A stretch of 63,236 nt of DNA, filler included, from Candidatus Rokuibacteriota bacterium (lineage in GTDB: Bacteria; JAUVQV01; DATDCY01), in the NCBI GenBank assembly GCA_031406795.1. It is 8 parts of 8 records of this genome, joined end to end, with 100 filler letters (N's around TTAATTAATTAA, not from the genome) between each part and the next. Parts side by side here need not be neighbours in the genome. Positions count along the whole stretch, not along the records: positions 50,813 to 55,050 come from JANOHV010000180.1; positions 55,151 to 57,468 come from JANOHV010000191.1; positions 57,569 to 60,054 come from JANOHV010000216.1; positions 60,155 to 63,236 come from JANOHV010000277.1; 4 more parts are not named here. One strand, given 5' to 3'. Made by a program: the position numbers and the translations under genes. The stretch's first letter is position 1; the number at the start of each line of letters is the position of its first letter. This document shows positions 54,385 through 63,236 of this stretch, piece by piece. The notes beneath the pieces are model-generated. The model was not told the DNA's origin. It made no database searches and saw only the letters and a list, made by a program, of their open reading frames with translations.

Positions 54385-54400
54385 TGCATCAACTGTGCCA
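54385..54400 (-). promoter_or_regulatory. Sigma54 (-24/-12) promoter
   Basis: Minus strand TGGCACAGTTGATGCA (GG-N10-GC). Confidence 0.65.
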
Positions 54401-55150
54401 GTAACCGACGGCATGAGGCGCGCACAACGCAACTGCATGATAATCATCGAGATATATGCGGCTGAAAAAATACTCGCAGAGGAACCCCCAGAACTCTGAA
54501 ATTACTTATTGAGACAATCAGGCAGGCTCACAGTCGCTCGGACCATGCACTCAGCGTCAGGAATACAAAATAATCAAAGGCTTCCCTGCCCTCGGAAGTT
54601 TTAAATCCGGGATCTGCTGTCTCAGAATTTGCTTTCGAAACATGTGATACAAGGTTCGGAACCGCGAGGTCGTCAAGCCCCCAGGAAGGCATGTTGAGAC
54701 TGTATTGTTCGGGACAACGCCTTGACAAAACGCTTCTTGGCCCAAAGAATCGCCTCCACAAGAAGCGAAAGCAGCACTGAGTCGGCTACTCCGCTGTATG
54801 GTGGCGTTCTGTTCATTTGGCGGATGAACGCTCCGCCTTTGCTGGCCGAAGCAAGTGTTGGTCGCAGTCGCTTGGGATTGATGCCGCGGACAGAGATCGC
54901 TCTTGCCGACAATGGCATAACGCATGAGGACCTCGTCGACAGTGCTGGGCGAGATCCCATGGACAAGCGATCGGCAAGAATAATTTCATGCGCCTTCAAG
55001 CAGGGTTGGATTGAAACGCCTGGCGGCACCGTCGGCCATCTGTTTCGTGCNNNNNNNNNNNNNNNNNNNNNNNNNNNNNNNNNNNNNNNNNNNNTTAATT
55101 AATTAANNNNNNNNNNNNNNNNNNNNNNNNNNNNNNNNNNNNNNNNNNNN

Positions 55151-57253
55151 GCGCCCGGACTCGATCGCCCCGCCGACGCGGTGTTTCTCCTGCACGACTA
55201 CGCCCCGCTCAACCCGGCCGCCGAGCATCTGCCGCGTCTGCCCGGTCTGGCCTGGGATCAGTGGGCGCCCGGCGGCGGCCGTTACGCCGGCGAAATTTCC
55301 CCCTCCTCTTTTCCCGAGCACTTCTCCGCCTGGCTCGCCGCGATGCCGGCCGGCATCGTTGTCGAACTCGCCCCCACGCTGGCGGCCTTTGCCGCTGCGC
55401 CCACCCGCGCCCACTTCACCCTCGATATCGCCGAGAGCAGCGGCATCGACTGGTTCGACGTGAAGGTGAAGCTGCACGTGGAGGATACGACCCTCACCGC
55501 CGCCGAGATCAAGCTGCTGCGCTCGGCCAACGGCCGCTTCATCCGGCTCAAGGGCAAGGGCTGGCGCCGGCTGGAGCTCACCGTCTCCGCCGAGGACCAG
55601 GCCCGCTTCGAGCGCCTCGGCCTCGATCCCGCCGCCGCCACGGAGTCCGCGCGCGAGCAACCGCGCTTCCACGCCCTCCAGCTCGTCGACGAGGCCCTCG
55701 GCGACGCCCTGCCCGAAAAACTCTGGCGGCAGATCCGCGACCGCGCCGCCGCCATCCGCCAGATTCCCGCGCCCGACCTGCCGGCCGGGCTGCGCGCCGA
55801 GTTGCGTCCGTACCAGCTCGAGGGCTTTCACTTCCTTGTGCACCTCGGCGAAAACCATTTCGGCGGCGTGCTCGCCGACGACATGGGCCTTGGCAAAACC
55901 CTGCAGACCCTCGCCTGGCTGCTCTGGCTCGCCACGCGCGTGCCCGCCGGCGCACCCGGGAAAACACCCCGCTCCCTCCGCGCGCTCGTGGTCTGCCCGA
56001 AATCCGTGGTCGTGAACTGGCAGATGGAGACCGCGCGCTTCGCCCCCGCGCTCACCACCGGCCGCCTCGCCCCCCGCACCGCCCGGCCCGTCCCGGCCGG
56101 CGTCCACCTCGTCATCGTCAATTATGCACAACTCCGCCTCAACGCCGGGCTACTCGCCGCCGAAAGCTGGGACGTCGTCGTCCTCGACGAGGGCCAGAAC
56201 ATCAAGAATCCCGCCAGCGCCACCGCGCAGGCGGCGCGTGCCCTCCGGACCGTGCACCGCGTCGTGCTCACCGGCACACCCATCGAGAACCGGCTGCTCG
56301 ACCTCTGGAGCCTCTTCGCCTTCGCCCAGCCCGGCCTGCTCGGCGGCCAGACCACCATCCAGCGCCACTCCAACGACCGCGAGGAACTCGTCGCCGCCCA
56401 CGCCCGCCTGGCCAGGCGCGTCCGACATTTTCTCCTCCGCCGCACCAAGGGCCAGGTCGCCCGCGACCTGCCGCCCCGCACCGAGGAGGACCTCGTCGTC
56501 GAGCTGGAGGGTCCGCAACGCACCCTCTACGACGCCGAGCTGAAGCGCACCCGCCAGATGCTCCTCGGCGTGAAATCCGCGCGCGAGTTCGACACCCAGC
56601 GTTTCAACATCCTTCAGTCGCTGCTCCGGCTCCGCCAGATTTGCTGCGACCCCCGGCTCGTCGGCGCCGAACTGGCGGCGGACAGGAAACCCCGCGGGAA
56701 ATCCGCGACCGCCGCAGACCCGGATGAGCCCGCCCGCAGGATCCCTGCCAGCGCCAAGCTGGAGGCCCTGCTCGACACGCTCGAACCGCTGATCGCGGAG
56801 GGCCACCGCGTGCTGGTTTTCTCGCAGTTCGTCACGATGCTCGAACTCATCCGGGAGGAACTCGTCGCCCGCGACATCAAGCATCTCATGCTCACCGGCC
56901 AGACGGAGAACCGGCAGGAACTCGTGAATCAGTTTCAATCCGCCGAAGGCCCGCCCGTGTTCCTGCTCTCACTCAAGGCCGCCGGTTCCGGGCTCAACCT
57001 CACCGCTGCCAGCTACGTCGTGCTCTACGACCCGTGGTGGAACCCGGCGGTGGAGGCGCAGGCCATCGACCGCACGCACCGCATCGGCCAGACCTCACAT
57101 GTCATCGCCTACCGCCTGCTCGCCCGCGGCACCGTGGAGGAGAAAATCCGCGCCCTGCAAAAGGAGAAGGCCGCCCTCGCCGCCTCCGTGGTGCAGGAGG
57201 AAAGCCTCGCCAAGGTGCTGGACCTGGAGAGCCTGCGGCGGATTTTGGGGTGA
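55151..57253 (+). CDS. SNF2-family helicase (5' truncated)
   Basis: LRPYQ, LADDMGLGKT, LDEGQNIKN, LTGTPIEN, LRRTK, FSQF, DPWWNP, DRTHRIGQ. Confidence 0.95.
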   Translation, partial: APGLDRPADAVFLLHDYAPLNPAAEHLPRLPGLAWDQWAPGGGRYAGEISPSSFPEHFSAWLAAMPAGIVVELAPTLAAFAAAPTRAHFTLDIAESSGIDWFDVKVKLHVEDTTLTAAEIKLLRSANGRFIRLKGKGWRRLELTVSAEDQARFERLGLDPAAATESAREQPRFHALQLVDEALGDALPEKLWRQIRDRAAAIRQIPAPDLPAGLRAELRPYQLEGFHFLVHLGENHFGGVLADDMGLGKTLQTLAWLLWLATRVPAGAPGKTPRSLRALVVCPKSVVVNWQMETARFAPALTTGRLAPRTARPVPAGVHLVIVNYAQLRLNAGLLAAESWDVVVLDEGQNIKNPASATAQAARALRTVHRVVLTGTPIENRLLDLWSLFAFAQPGLLGGQTTIQRHSNDREELVAAHARLARRVRHFLLRRTKGQVARDLPPRTEEDLVVELEGPQRTLYDAELKRTRQMLLGVKSAREFDTQRFNILQSLLRLRQICCDPRLVGAELAADRKPRGKSATAADPDEPARRIPASAKLEALLDTLEPLIAEGHRVLVFSQFVTMLELIREELVARDIKHLMLTGQTENRQELVNQFQSAEGPPVFLLSLKAAGSGLNLTAASYVVLYDPWWNPAVEAQAIDRTHRIGQTSHVIAYRLLARGTVEEKIRALQKEKAALAASVVQEESLAKVLDLESLRRILG

Positions 57254-57273
57254 AAGGCATCTGGCTGGGTTTT

Positions 57274-57330
57274 GTGGGAGCGACCTTGGTCGCGATTCGC
57301 TCCAAACATCGCGTGCAAGCACGCTCCCAC
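57274..57330. repeat. GTGG-type REP doublet
   Basis: GTGGGAGCGACCTTGGTCGCGA...TCGCGTGCAAGCACGCTCCCAC between convergent genes. Confidence 0.75.
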
Positions 57331-57366
57331 AGTTCAAGCCCAGGCCGGAGCAAACTCCGGGGCTCT

Positions 57367-57468
57367 TTACTGATCCAACAACGTCTCGGGGAAAATCATC
57401 CGCTCGGGCTTGCGCGGGTCGTAGAGCACGAACACCGGCTGCTTGTCCACCGCGTGCCGCCCGAACAG
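57367..57468 (-). CDS. C-terminal fragment of an unknown protein
   Basis: LFGRHAVDKQPVFVLYDPRKPERMIFPETLLDQ-stop; open to contig end. Confidence 0.5.
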   Translation of the reverse strand: MFGRHAVDKQPVFVLYDPRKPERMIFPETLLDQ

Positions 57469-57568
57469 NNNNNNNNNNNNNNNNNNNNNNNNNNNNNNNN
57501 NNNNNNNNNNNNTTAATTAATTAANNNNNNNNNNNNNNNNNNNNNNNNNNNNNNNNNNNNNNNNNNNN

Positions 57569-57885
57569 CCGGCGCCACCCTGGTCGCGCTCGGCGTGATC
57601 ATCGCCTTTCTGCGGCGCTGGGGGCGCGAAAGCCGGCTGCTGACCGTCGCGCTCTCCCTCGTCTCCGGCGGCGCGATCGGGAATCTGATCGACCGGCTGC
57701 GCTTCGGCAGCGTCGTGGACTTCATCGACTGGTACTGGAACAACCACCACTGGTACACCTTCAACATCGCCGACAGCGCCATCTCCACGGGCGTCGTGCT
57801 GCTGATCGTGCACTCGTTGATCCCCGAATCGTCGAACCCCGTCGGCGATGCTCCCGCGTCGCCTCCCCCCGGTCCCGAGGCGTAG
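57569..57885 (+). CDS. lspA: Lipoprotein signal peptidase II (5' truncated)
   Basis: GGAIGNLIDRLRFGSVVDFID, FNIADSAI. Confidence 0.95.
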
Positions 57886-57888
57886 GCC

Positions 57889-58698
57889 GTGTTCCCGGTC
57901 CTCGCGCGCCTCGGGCCCCTGGAGATACTCGGCCACCAGTTCGGTCCGTTCACGCTGCACACCTACGGCCTGTTGGTCGCCTTCGGCTTCCTTGCCGGGC
58001 TGCTCGTCGTCATGCGCGGTTCGAAGCGCGAAGGACTGCCCACCGAGCCGGTGCTCGACCTGGCGTTCGTGGCGGTGCTCGCCGCGATCGTCGGCTCGCG
58101 CCTGCTCTATGTGCTCTTCAACCTGCGCGAGTACCTCGCCGAACCCCTGCGGATCTTCAAGATCTGGGAGGGCGGGCTGGTCTTCCACGGCGGCCTGCTG
58201 CTCGCCATCCCCGCGTGCCTGTACTTCGTGCGCCGCACCCGCCTGCCGGCCTGGGCGACGGCCGATGTCTTCGCCCCGGGCATCGCGCTCGGCCAGGCCA
58301 TCGGCCGGATCGGCTGCTTCGCCGCCGGCTGCTGTTACGGCGCCCCCTGGGACCCGCCCTTCTGCGTCATCTACACCCACCCGGACGCTCTGGCGCCGCT
58401 GAACGTCCCGCTCTTCCCCGCGCAGTTATTCGCGTTCCTGTCGGGCCTGGTCATCTTCGCGGTGCTCACCGCGTACCGCCCCCGACGCCACGCCCCCGGG
58501 CAGGTCTTCTGGCTCTATCTGGTGCTCGCCTCCGTCGCCCGCCTCGTGGAGGACGGGTTCCGCGGCATCGGCGCGAAACTCGCGGTCCTGCCCTGGCTGA
58601 GCGCCACGCAGGCGATCTCGCTCGGCATCGGGATCGCCGCGCTGCTGTTGTTCCTGGTCTTCGGCCGCCGCTCCACCCGCCTGACCCTGCCTCGCTGA
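57889..58698 (+). CDS. lgt: Prolipoprotein diacylglyceryl transferase
   Basis: YGL, GSRLLYV, IWEGGLVFHGG, QAIGRIGCFAAGCCYG. Confidence 0.93.
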   Translation: MFPVLARLGPLEILGHQFGPFTLHTYGLLVAFGFLAGLLVVMRGSKREGLPTEPVLDLAFVAVLAAIVGSRLLYVLFNLREYLAEPLRIFKIWEGGLVFHGGLLLAIPACLYFVRRTRLPAWATADVFAPGIALGQAIGRIGCFAAGCCYGAPWDPPFCVIYTHPDALAPLNVPLFPAQLFAFLSGLVIFAVLTAYRPRRHAPGQVFWLYLVLASVARLVEDGFRGIGAKLAVLPWLSATQAISLGIGIAALLLFLVFGRRSTRLTLPR

Positions 58699-58825
58699 CC
58701 GTTACGGCCGCCGAAAACGGCCCATCTGCGGCAAGAATTCGACCGCACTCCTCTGGGCACAACCCCGTAAAACTCAACCGACGAACATGGCTGTCCCTCC
58801 CCTGTGGCAATTGGTTAGAGATCGA

Positions 58826-59040
58826 ACGCGGAAAAAGCTGGTCACCCCGATGAGCAGTTCTTTGGCGAGCAGGTCCACCTCCTGGGGATTCTCCTGCAGA
58901 AAGCGCGCGTAGGAGGCGATACTGTCGATCCCTCGGCGCCAATGCCGGAGAGAAGAACGCCGATACTCAATCCCTGAAGATCGTCGGCCAGGGAGCGGAA
59001 GAAAAAATCGATCGGGAAGCGCAGGCCGCAGGCCGCGGGC
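58826..59040 (-). pseudogene. Remnant of a CheB-CheR fusion gene
   Basis: CheB motif GLRFPIDFFFRSLADD...IGVLLSGIGAEG joined out of frame to CheR motif YARFLQENPQEVDLLAKELLIGVTSFFR. Confidence 0.75.
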
Positions 59041-59341
59041 CGCCGTCGGTTCGAAGAGATGCTGCCGCCCGTGCCGATGTGAGGCTCTTCTTCACGACTG
59101 GTTCTCGAGGGTTTCCCGCCGCGGGCGCAGCACCTCCGCCATGTTAAGGTTTTTCTCACACTATGGCTCTTGACGCAATATCATGAAGAGTTTCCGGTGG
59201 TTGAGTGAGAGTTCCTGGCGTAAATTCCAGGGTTGGCGTCGAATCTGCTTACACTTCCATTTTCATGTCACTAATCGTAGAAGTCCGGCGCATCTCAAAA
59301 AAGATCAAGAATTCAGCATGTTATAGCAAGCCAAGCATCTA

Positions 59342-59357
59342 AGGCATGTTTTTTGCG
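59342..59357 (+). promoter_or_regulatory. Possible sigma54 promoter
   Basis: AGGCATGTTTTTTGCG (GG-N10-GC) about 60 nt upstream of the start. Confidence 0.5.
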
Positions 59358-59419
59358 TAATATCAGCACAACCGGAAGGTGGAATCGGAGCCAGACCACC
59401 CTAAAGAGAGGGGAAAGCG

Positions 59420-60054
59420 ATGAGAAGTATTTCCAAGGGGATGAAGGGCAAGTTCTTGAGTCTGTTCGTAGTAACGGCATTGGCCGCGCTTGTGTGCCCG
59501 CCGTTGGTATCGGCCGTCCCAATTCTGAGTGAGGAATTGGCGAGTTTCGCGGTCCTGGGCGCAACGGGGGTAACCAATGTCCCCACGAGCACCATTGGCG
59601 GAAATCTTGGTTCGGCCGTAAACCCCTCGGTCGGGGGGGGATATATTTTCAGTTCTGGTTCGTTACAGCAAAATACGGCACTCGCGCAACAAGCTCAGTC
59701 CGATCTCGACACTGCGATAACTAATCTGGGACTTCTGGGGCCCGGTACCACGTTGGGTGTGGACCTGGCCGGACTCACGCTCACGCCGGGCGTCTACACG
59801 GTTCCAGCCGGGACGACTAATTTGTCGGGAACACTCACTCTCGACGGCAATGGTAACGCCAATGCGGTGTGGGTTTTTCAGTTTGAGAGCACGCTCATCA
59901 CCTCGACCGGATCCACCGTTTCCTTCATAAATGTAGTCGACGGTGCAACTTACGGACTTTATTGGAATGTCGGCAGCTCCGCGACCCTCAATGGCGATAC
60001 GTTCGCAGGAAACGTTCTCGCGAATCAAACCATCACCAGTGACGGCGATCTGAC
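59420..60054 (+). CDS. DUF3494 ice-binding-like secreted protein (3' truncated)
   Basis: Signal peptide; FAVLGATGVTN, AQQAQSDL, DLAGLTLTPGVY, LTLDGNGNANAVWVFQ, WNVGSSATL. Confidence 0.9.
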
Positions 60055-60154
60055 NNNNNNNNNNNNNNNNNNNNNNNNNNNNNNNNNNNNNNNNNNNNTT
60101 AATTAATTAANNNNNNNNNNNNNNNNNNNNNNNNNNNNNNNNNNNNNNNNNNNN

Positions 60155-60223
60155 CTGGGGCACGGCGGCCTCTGCCTGCGCTGCGAGCGCTGCGACTTCC
60201 CGCGCTGCCCCTTCGGAAAGTAA
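60155..60223 (+). CDS. C-terminus of a probable molybdopterin-binding (MoeA-like) protein
   Basis: LGHGGLCLRCERCDFPRCPFGK-stop. Confidence 0.6.
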   Translation: MGHGGLCLRCERCDFPRCPFGK

Positions 60224-60274
60224 GGTCTTCCCGGATTGCATCGACTGCGCCTGCGCCCCGTCCGGCACCCCCCG

Positions 60275-60985
60275 CTAAAACAGCCGACCCAACAGCGCGG
60301 GGACTGCCGTCTCCGTGCTCAGGATTCTTTCACTGAGGCTGATCGGCAGAAACCCGCAGCCGACGAGTCTCTCCACCTCATACGGGATGAAGCCGCCCTC
60401 GGGACCGATGGCCAGAGTCACCGGCCGGCCGATATTTCGGGGACATTCCGCGGGGGCGGCGGGATGGGCGACCAACGGAACGGTGTTCCGGGCGAGCTCC
60501 GGCAGTTCGTCCTCGACGAAGGGCTTGAAAAGGGGGCGCAGCAGAATTTCCGGAAGGACGGTGTCCCGCGCCTGCTCCAGGCCGAGCAGCAGTTGCTCCT
60601 TCAGCGCGAAGGACTCGAGGAACGGACTCTGCCAGTAGCTCTTCTCGACTCGCCGGGCGTTGAGCAGGACGATCCGCTTCACGCCCATGGCGCTTGCCGT
60701 CCGCAGCACGCGCCTCAGCGCCTTGGGGCGGGGCAACGCGAGGACGAGCGCCAGCGGCAGCGGCGGTGGCGGCAGCCCGTCGAGAATGACCTCCATTTCG
60801 AGGACGTCCGGGGTCAGCTGCAGGACCCGACCGGTGCCGATGCCGCCTCCCAGCAGGCCCACGCGCAGCTCATCGCCTGCCGCCGCCCGATGGACATCCA
60901 GCACGTGTCTGAGCCTGCGCCCGCGCAGTCGCACGCGGCCGTGGACATCGATGCCGTCGTCGGGGAGCAGCAGGATCAGGTTCAT
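60275..60985 (-). CDS. rsmE: 16S rRNA (uracil1498-N3)-methyltransferase
   Basis: LALPRPK, VEKSYWQS, GLEQARDT, AIGPEGGF, RILSTETA. Confidence 0.9.
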   Translation of the reverse strand: MNLILLLPDDGIDVHGRVRLRGRRLRHVLDVHRAAAGDELRVGLLGGGIGTGRVLQLTPDVLEMEVILDGLPPPPLPLALVLALPRPKALRRVLRTASAMGVKRIVLLNARRVEKSYWQSPFLESFALKEQLLLGLEQARDTVLPEILLRPLFKPFVEDELPELARNTVPLVAHPAAPAECPRNIGRPVTLAIGPEGGFIPYEVERLVGCGFLPISLSERILSTETAVPALLGRLF

Positions 60986-61216
60986 GCAGCGATCAGCGGC
61001 ACCAGCTGCGTGGCGGACACCGCCGTCCTCCATGAGATCTGCCGGGATCCGGTTTCATCGCGGTGGATTGTACTGCGCCCCGGCGATGGTGAACAGCGAG
61101 AGACTCCGGCCACGCCTGCCAGCTCGTCAAGCGCATCACGGACCCGGACACCGAGATCTGGGTTTTTTGCAGCACGCAGCACCGCGCGACTTACTTCGGA
61201 GCTATACTGTACGAGT

Positions 61217-62050
61217 ATGGCTACACGAACGTCCACATCGTGGCCGGCGGCAGCGCCGGCGAGACTGTTCCTGTCGCTGCTCCTCGCCGGGATGATCGCC
61301 GCCGCCCCGCTTCGTGCCGCGGGCGAGGCCGACGCGACGACCGTGCCGATTCTCCTCTATCACCGGCTCGCCCCGACGGTCCTCGACTCGATGACCGTAA
61401 GCCTGCCGGTGTTCGAGTCGCAGCTCGCGTATCTCAAGGAACAGGGCTACGCGGTGATCCCGCTGCAGGGGCTCCTGGCCTACCTGCGCGGCGCCGCACC
61501 CCCGCCGCCCGCCCGTTCGGTCGTGATCACCGTCGACGATGGGCATCGCTCCGTGTACGAATGGATGATGCCGCTATTGAAAAGGTACGGTTACCCGGCG
61601 ACCCTTTTCATCTACCCGTCGGCGATCTCCAACGCCGACTACGCCCTGACCTGGGCCCAGCTGCGGGAACTGAAGGCCACGGGTCTCTTCGACATCCAGT
61701 CCCACACCTACTGGCACCCGAACTTCATCCGGGAGAAGCGCTCGCTCGCCCCGGAGGCCTATGCGAAACTGGTGGACAGCCAGCTGATCCGCTCGCGCGA
61801 GAAGCTGGAGCGCGAGACGGGGGGAAGAGTCACCCTGCTCGCCTGGACGTATGGTCTGTATGATGGGGATCTGATGAAACGCGCATCCGAACTGGGCTAT
61901 GCGGCGGCGTTCACGCTGGAGCGGCGCCACGCGCGGCCGGGAGACGACCTGATGGCTCTCCCGAGGTACCTCGTCAACGACTTCGACAGCGGCGCGAGAT
62001 TCGGGCGGCTCCTCGCCGGCCCGAAGGCTCGCGGGGCGGGGCCGCGATGA
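61217..62050 (+). CDS. Polysaccharide deacetylase (PgaB/IcaB-like)
   Basis: VPILLYH, ITVDDG, QSHTYWH, LPRY; N-terminal signal. Confidence 0.9.
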   Translation: MATRTSTSWPAAAPARLFLSLLLAGMIAAAPLRAAGEADATTVPILLYHRLAPTVLDSMTVSLPVFESQLAYLKEQGYAVIPLQGLLAYLRGAAPPPPARSVVITVDDGHRSVYEWMMPLLKRYGYPATLFIYPSAISNADYALTWAQLRELKATGLFDIQSHTYWHPNFIREKRSLAPEAYAKLVDSQLIRSREKLERETGGRVTLLAWTYGLYDGDLMKRASELGYAAAFTLERRHARPGDDLMALPRYLVNDFDSGARFGRLLAGPKARGAGPR

Positions 62051-63236
62051 AGACCCGGCGGCTCGCCCCGCTGCTCTGCCTGCTCGCCGCCGGGGCGCTG
62101 TTGCTCGCCTTGCCGGAGGCCGTCCGGGCCGTCGCCGCGCCGGGAGCATACCGCGGTCGTGTCCTGGATGCTGCGACGGGGATGCCGATCAGCGATGCGC
62201 TGATCACCGTCGGCGACACCGTCGCCCGCACCGACCGGGAGGGCGCCTTCAGCATCGCGGGCAGTGGCGTCACCCTGGGCGTCCGCGCCGTCGGCCACCG
62301 CCGCACGTCATTGCCGGCGGAGGATCTCGAGGGCAAGGAGACGACGATCAGGCTGCCGCCGCTTGCGGTGAAGGCCCTCTATCTTTCCGTGTACGGGATC
62401 GGGGACCGCGGTTTGCGCAATGCGGCCCTGAAGCTGCTGCGCGAGACCGAACTCAACGCGCTGGTGATCGACGTCAAGGGCGACAAGGGCCTGATCCCCT
62501 TCAAGACCGCGCTGCCGCTCGCGCGGGAGGTGGGCGCCCACGCCGTCACCACGGTGCGGGACATGCCGGAGCTGATGCAGTCCCTGCGCGGCAGGGGCAT
62601 CTATCTCATTGCGCGGATCGTCGTTTTCAAAGACACGCCGCTGGCGCTCGCGAGGCCGGGCTGGGCCATCCGGACGCACGACGGGGAGATCTGGCGCGAT
62701 CGCGAGTACCTGGCCTGGATCGACCCCTTCCAGAAGGAGGCCTGGGCCCACTCCATCGCCGTGGCGGTCGAAGCGGCGCGGATCGGTTTCGACGAGATCC
62801 AGTTCGACTACATCCGCTTCCCCGATGTCGGCGGCCTGGTCTTCTCGAAGCCGAGCATCCAGGAAGAGCGGGTGCGGGCCATCTCGGAATTCCTGGGCGC
62901 GGCCCGCAGCGCACTCGTGCCGTACAACGTCTTCCTCGCGGCGGACATCTTCGGCTACGTCCTCTGGAATCGGGACGACACGCAGATCGGACAGAAGCTC
63001 GAGGCGCTCGCCGATCAGCTCGACTACCTCTCGCCGATGCTCTACCCCTCGACGTTCCAGTTCGGCATCCCGGGGCACCGGGCCCCGGTCAAGGCCCCCT
63101 ACGCAATCGTCTTCAAGTCGCTGCAGAACACGCGGCACCGACTGCGTCTCGAGCCGGTCCGGTTCAGGCCGTGGCTTCAGGCCTTCCGCGACTACGCCTT
63201 CGACAAGCGGCGATTCGGGGGCGAGCAGATCGGCCA
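62047..63236 (+). CDS. Putative glycoside hydrolase (DUF4015-like) with an N-terminal beta-sandwich (3' truncated)
   Basis: ATGA overlap; VKALYLS, NALVIDVKGD.G, IARIVVFKD, GFDEIQFDYIRFP, SPMLYPS, RPWLQAF. Confidence 0.88.
   Translation, partial: MKTRRLAPLLCLLAAGALLLALPEAVRAVAAPGAYRGRVLDAATGMPISDALITVGDTVARTDREGAFSIAGSGVTLGVRAVGHRRTSLPAEDLEGKETTIRLPPLAVKALYLSVYGIGDRGLRNAALKLLRETELNALVIDVKGDKGLIPFKTALPLAREVGAHAVTTVRDMPELMQSLRGRGIYLIARIVVFKDTPLALARPGWAIRTHDGEIWRDREYLAWIDPFQKEAWAHSIAVAVEAARIGFDEIQFDYIRFPDVGGLVFSKPSIQEERVRAISEFLGAARSALVPYNVFLAADIFGYVLWNRDDTQIGQKLEALADQLDYLSPMLYPSTFQFGIPGHRAPVKAPYAIVFKSLQNTRHRLRLEPVRFRPWLQAFRDYAFDKRRFGGEQIG

Noticed and set aside
54430-55050. CDS or transposase at the end of contig 5
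   Set aside because: Several short overlapping ORFs, none with a recognisable motif or clear RBS

Overview
This 63-kb window is eight short GC-rich bacterial contigs joined by artificial N/TTAATTAATTAA spacers, as in a draft or MAG scaffold. The contigs are 1-7200, 7301-17657, 17758-21787, 21888-50712, 50813-55050, 55151-57468, 57569-60054 and 60155-63236. Most content is housekeeping: gmd-rfbDCAB next to a PilGHI/Xap-like ABC module, cimA-lysC, clpB, ppk1-CHAD, fba-tkt, pyk, csp, two glucan phosphorylases, a Gly-Cys-Leu tRNA cluster, rho, proC, lspA-lgt and rsmE. There is also a copper-handling cluster with a VapBC pair, an SNF2 helicase and a DUF3494 ice-binding-like protein. Signals the gene list does not explain: (i) a promoter-to-terminator ~190-nt non-coding unit with seven GGA motifs, five in hairpin loops (CsrB/RsmZ-like); (ii) a STAND-type NTPase fused to an RsbW-like kinase and flanked by STAS genes; (iii) several interspersed structured repeat families, some with compensatory base changes, gene-oriented placement or target-site duplications; (iv) a 21-bp duplication of the 5' end of tRNA-Gly flanking a 1.5-kb segment; (v) an in-frame amber-terminated leader on glgP; (vi) unannotated microproteins; (vii) a probable chimeric junction near 18190. 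All calls come from reading the sequence by eye; no database search or folding program was run.
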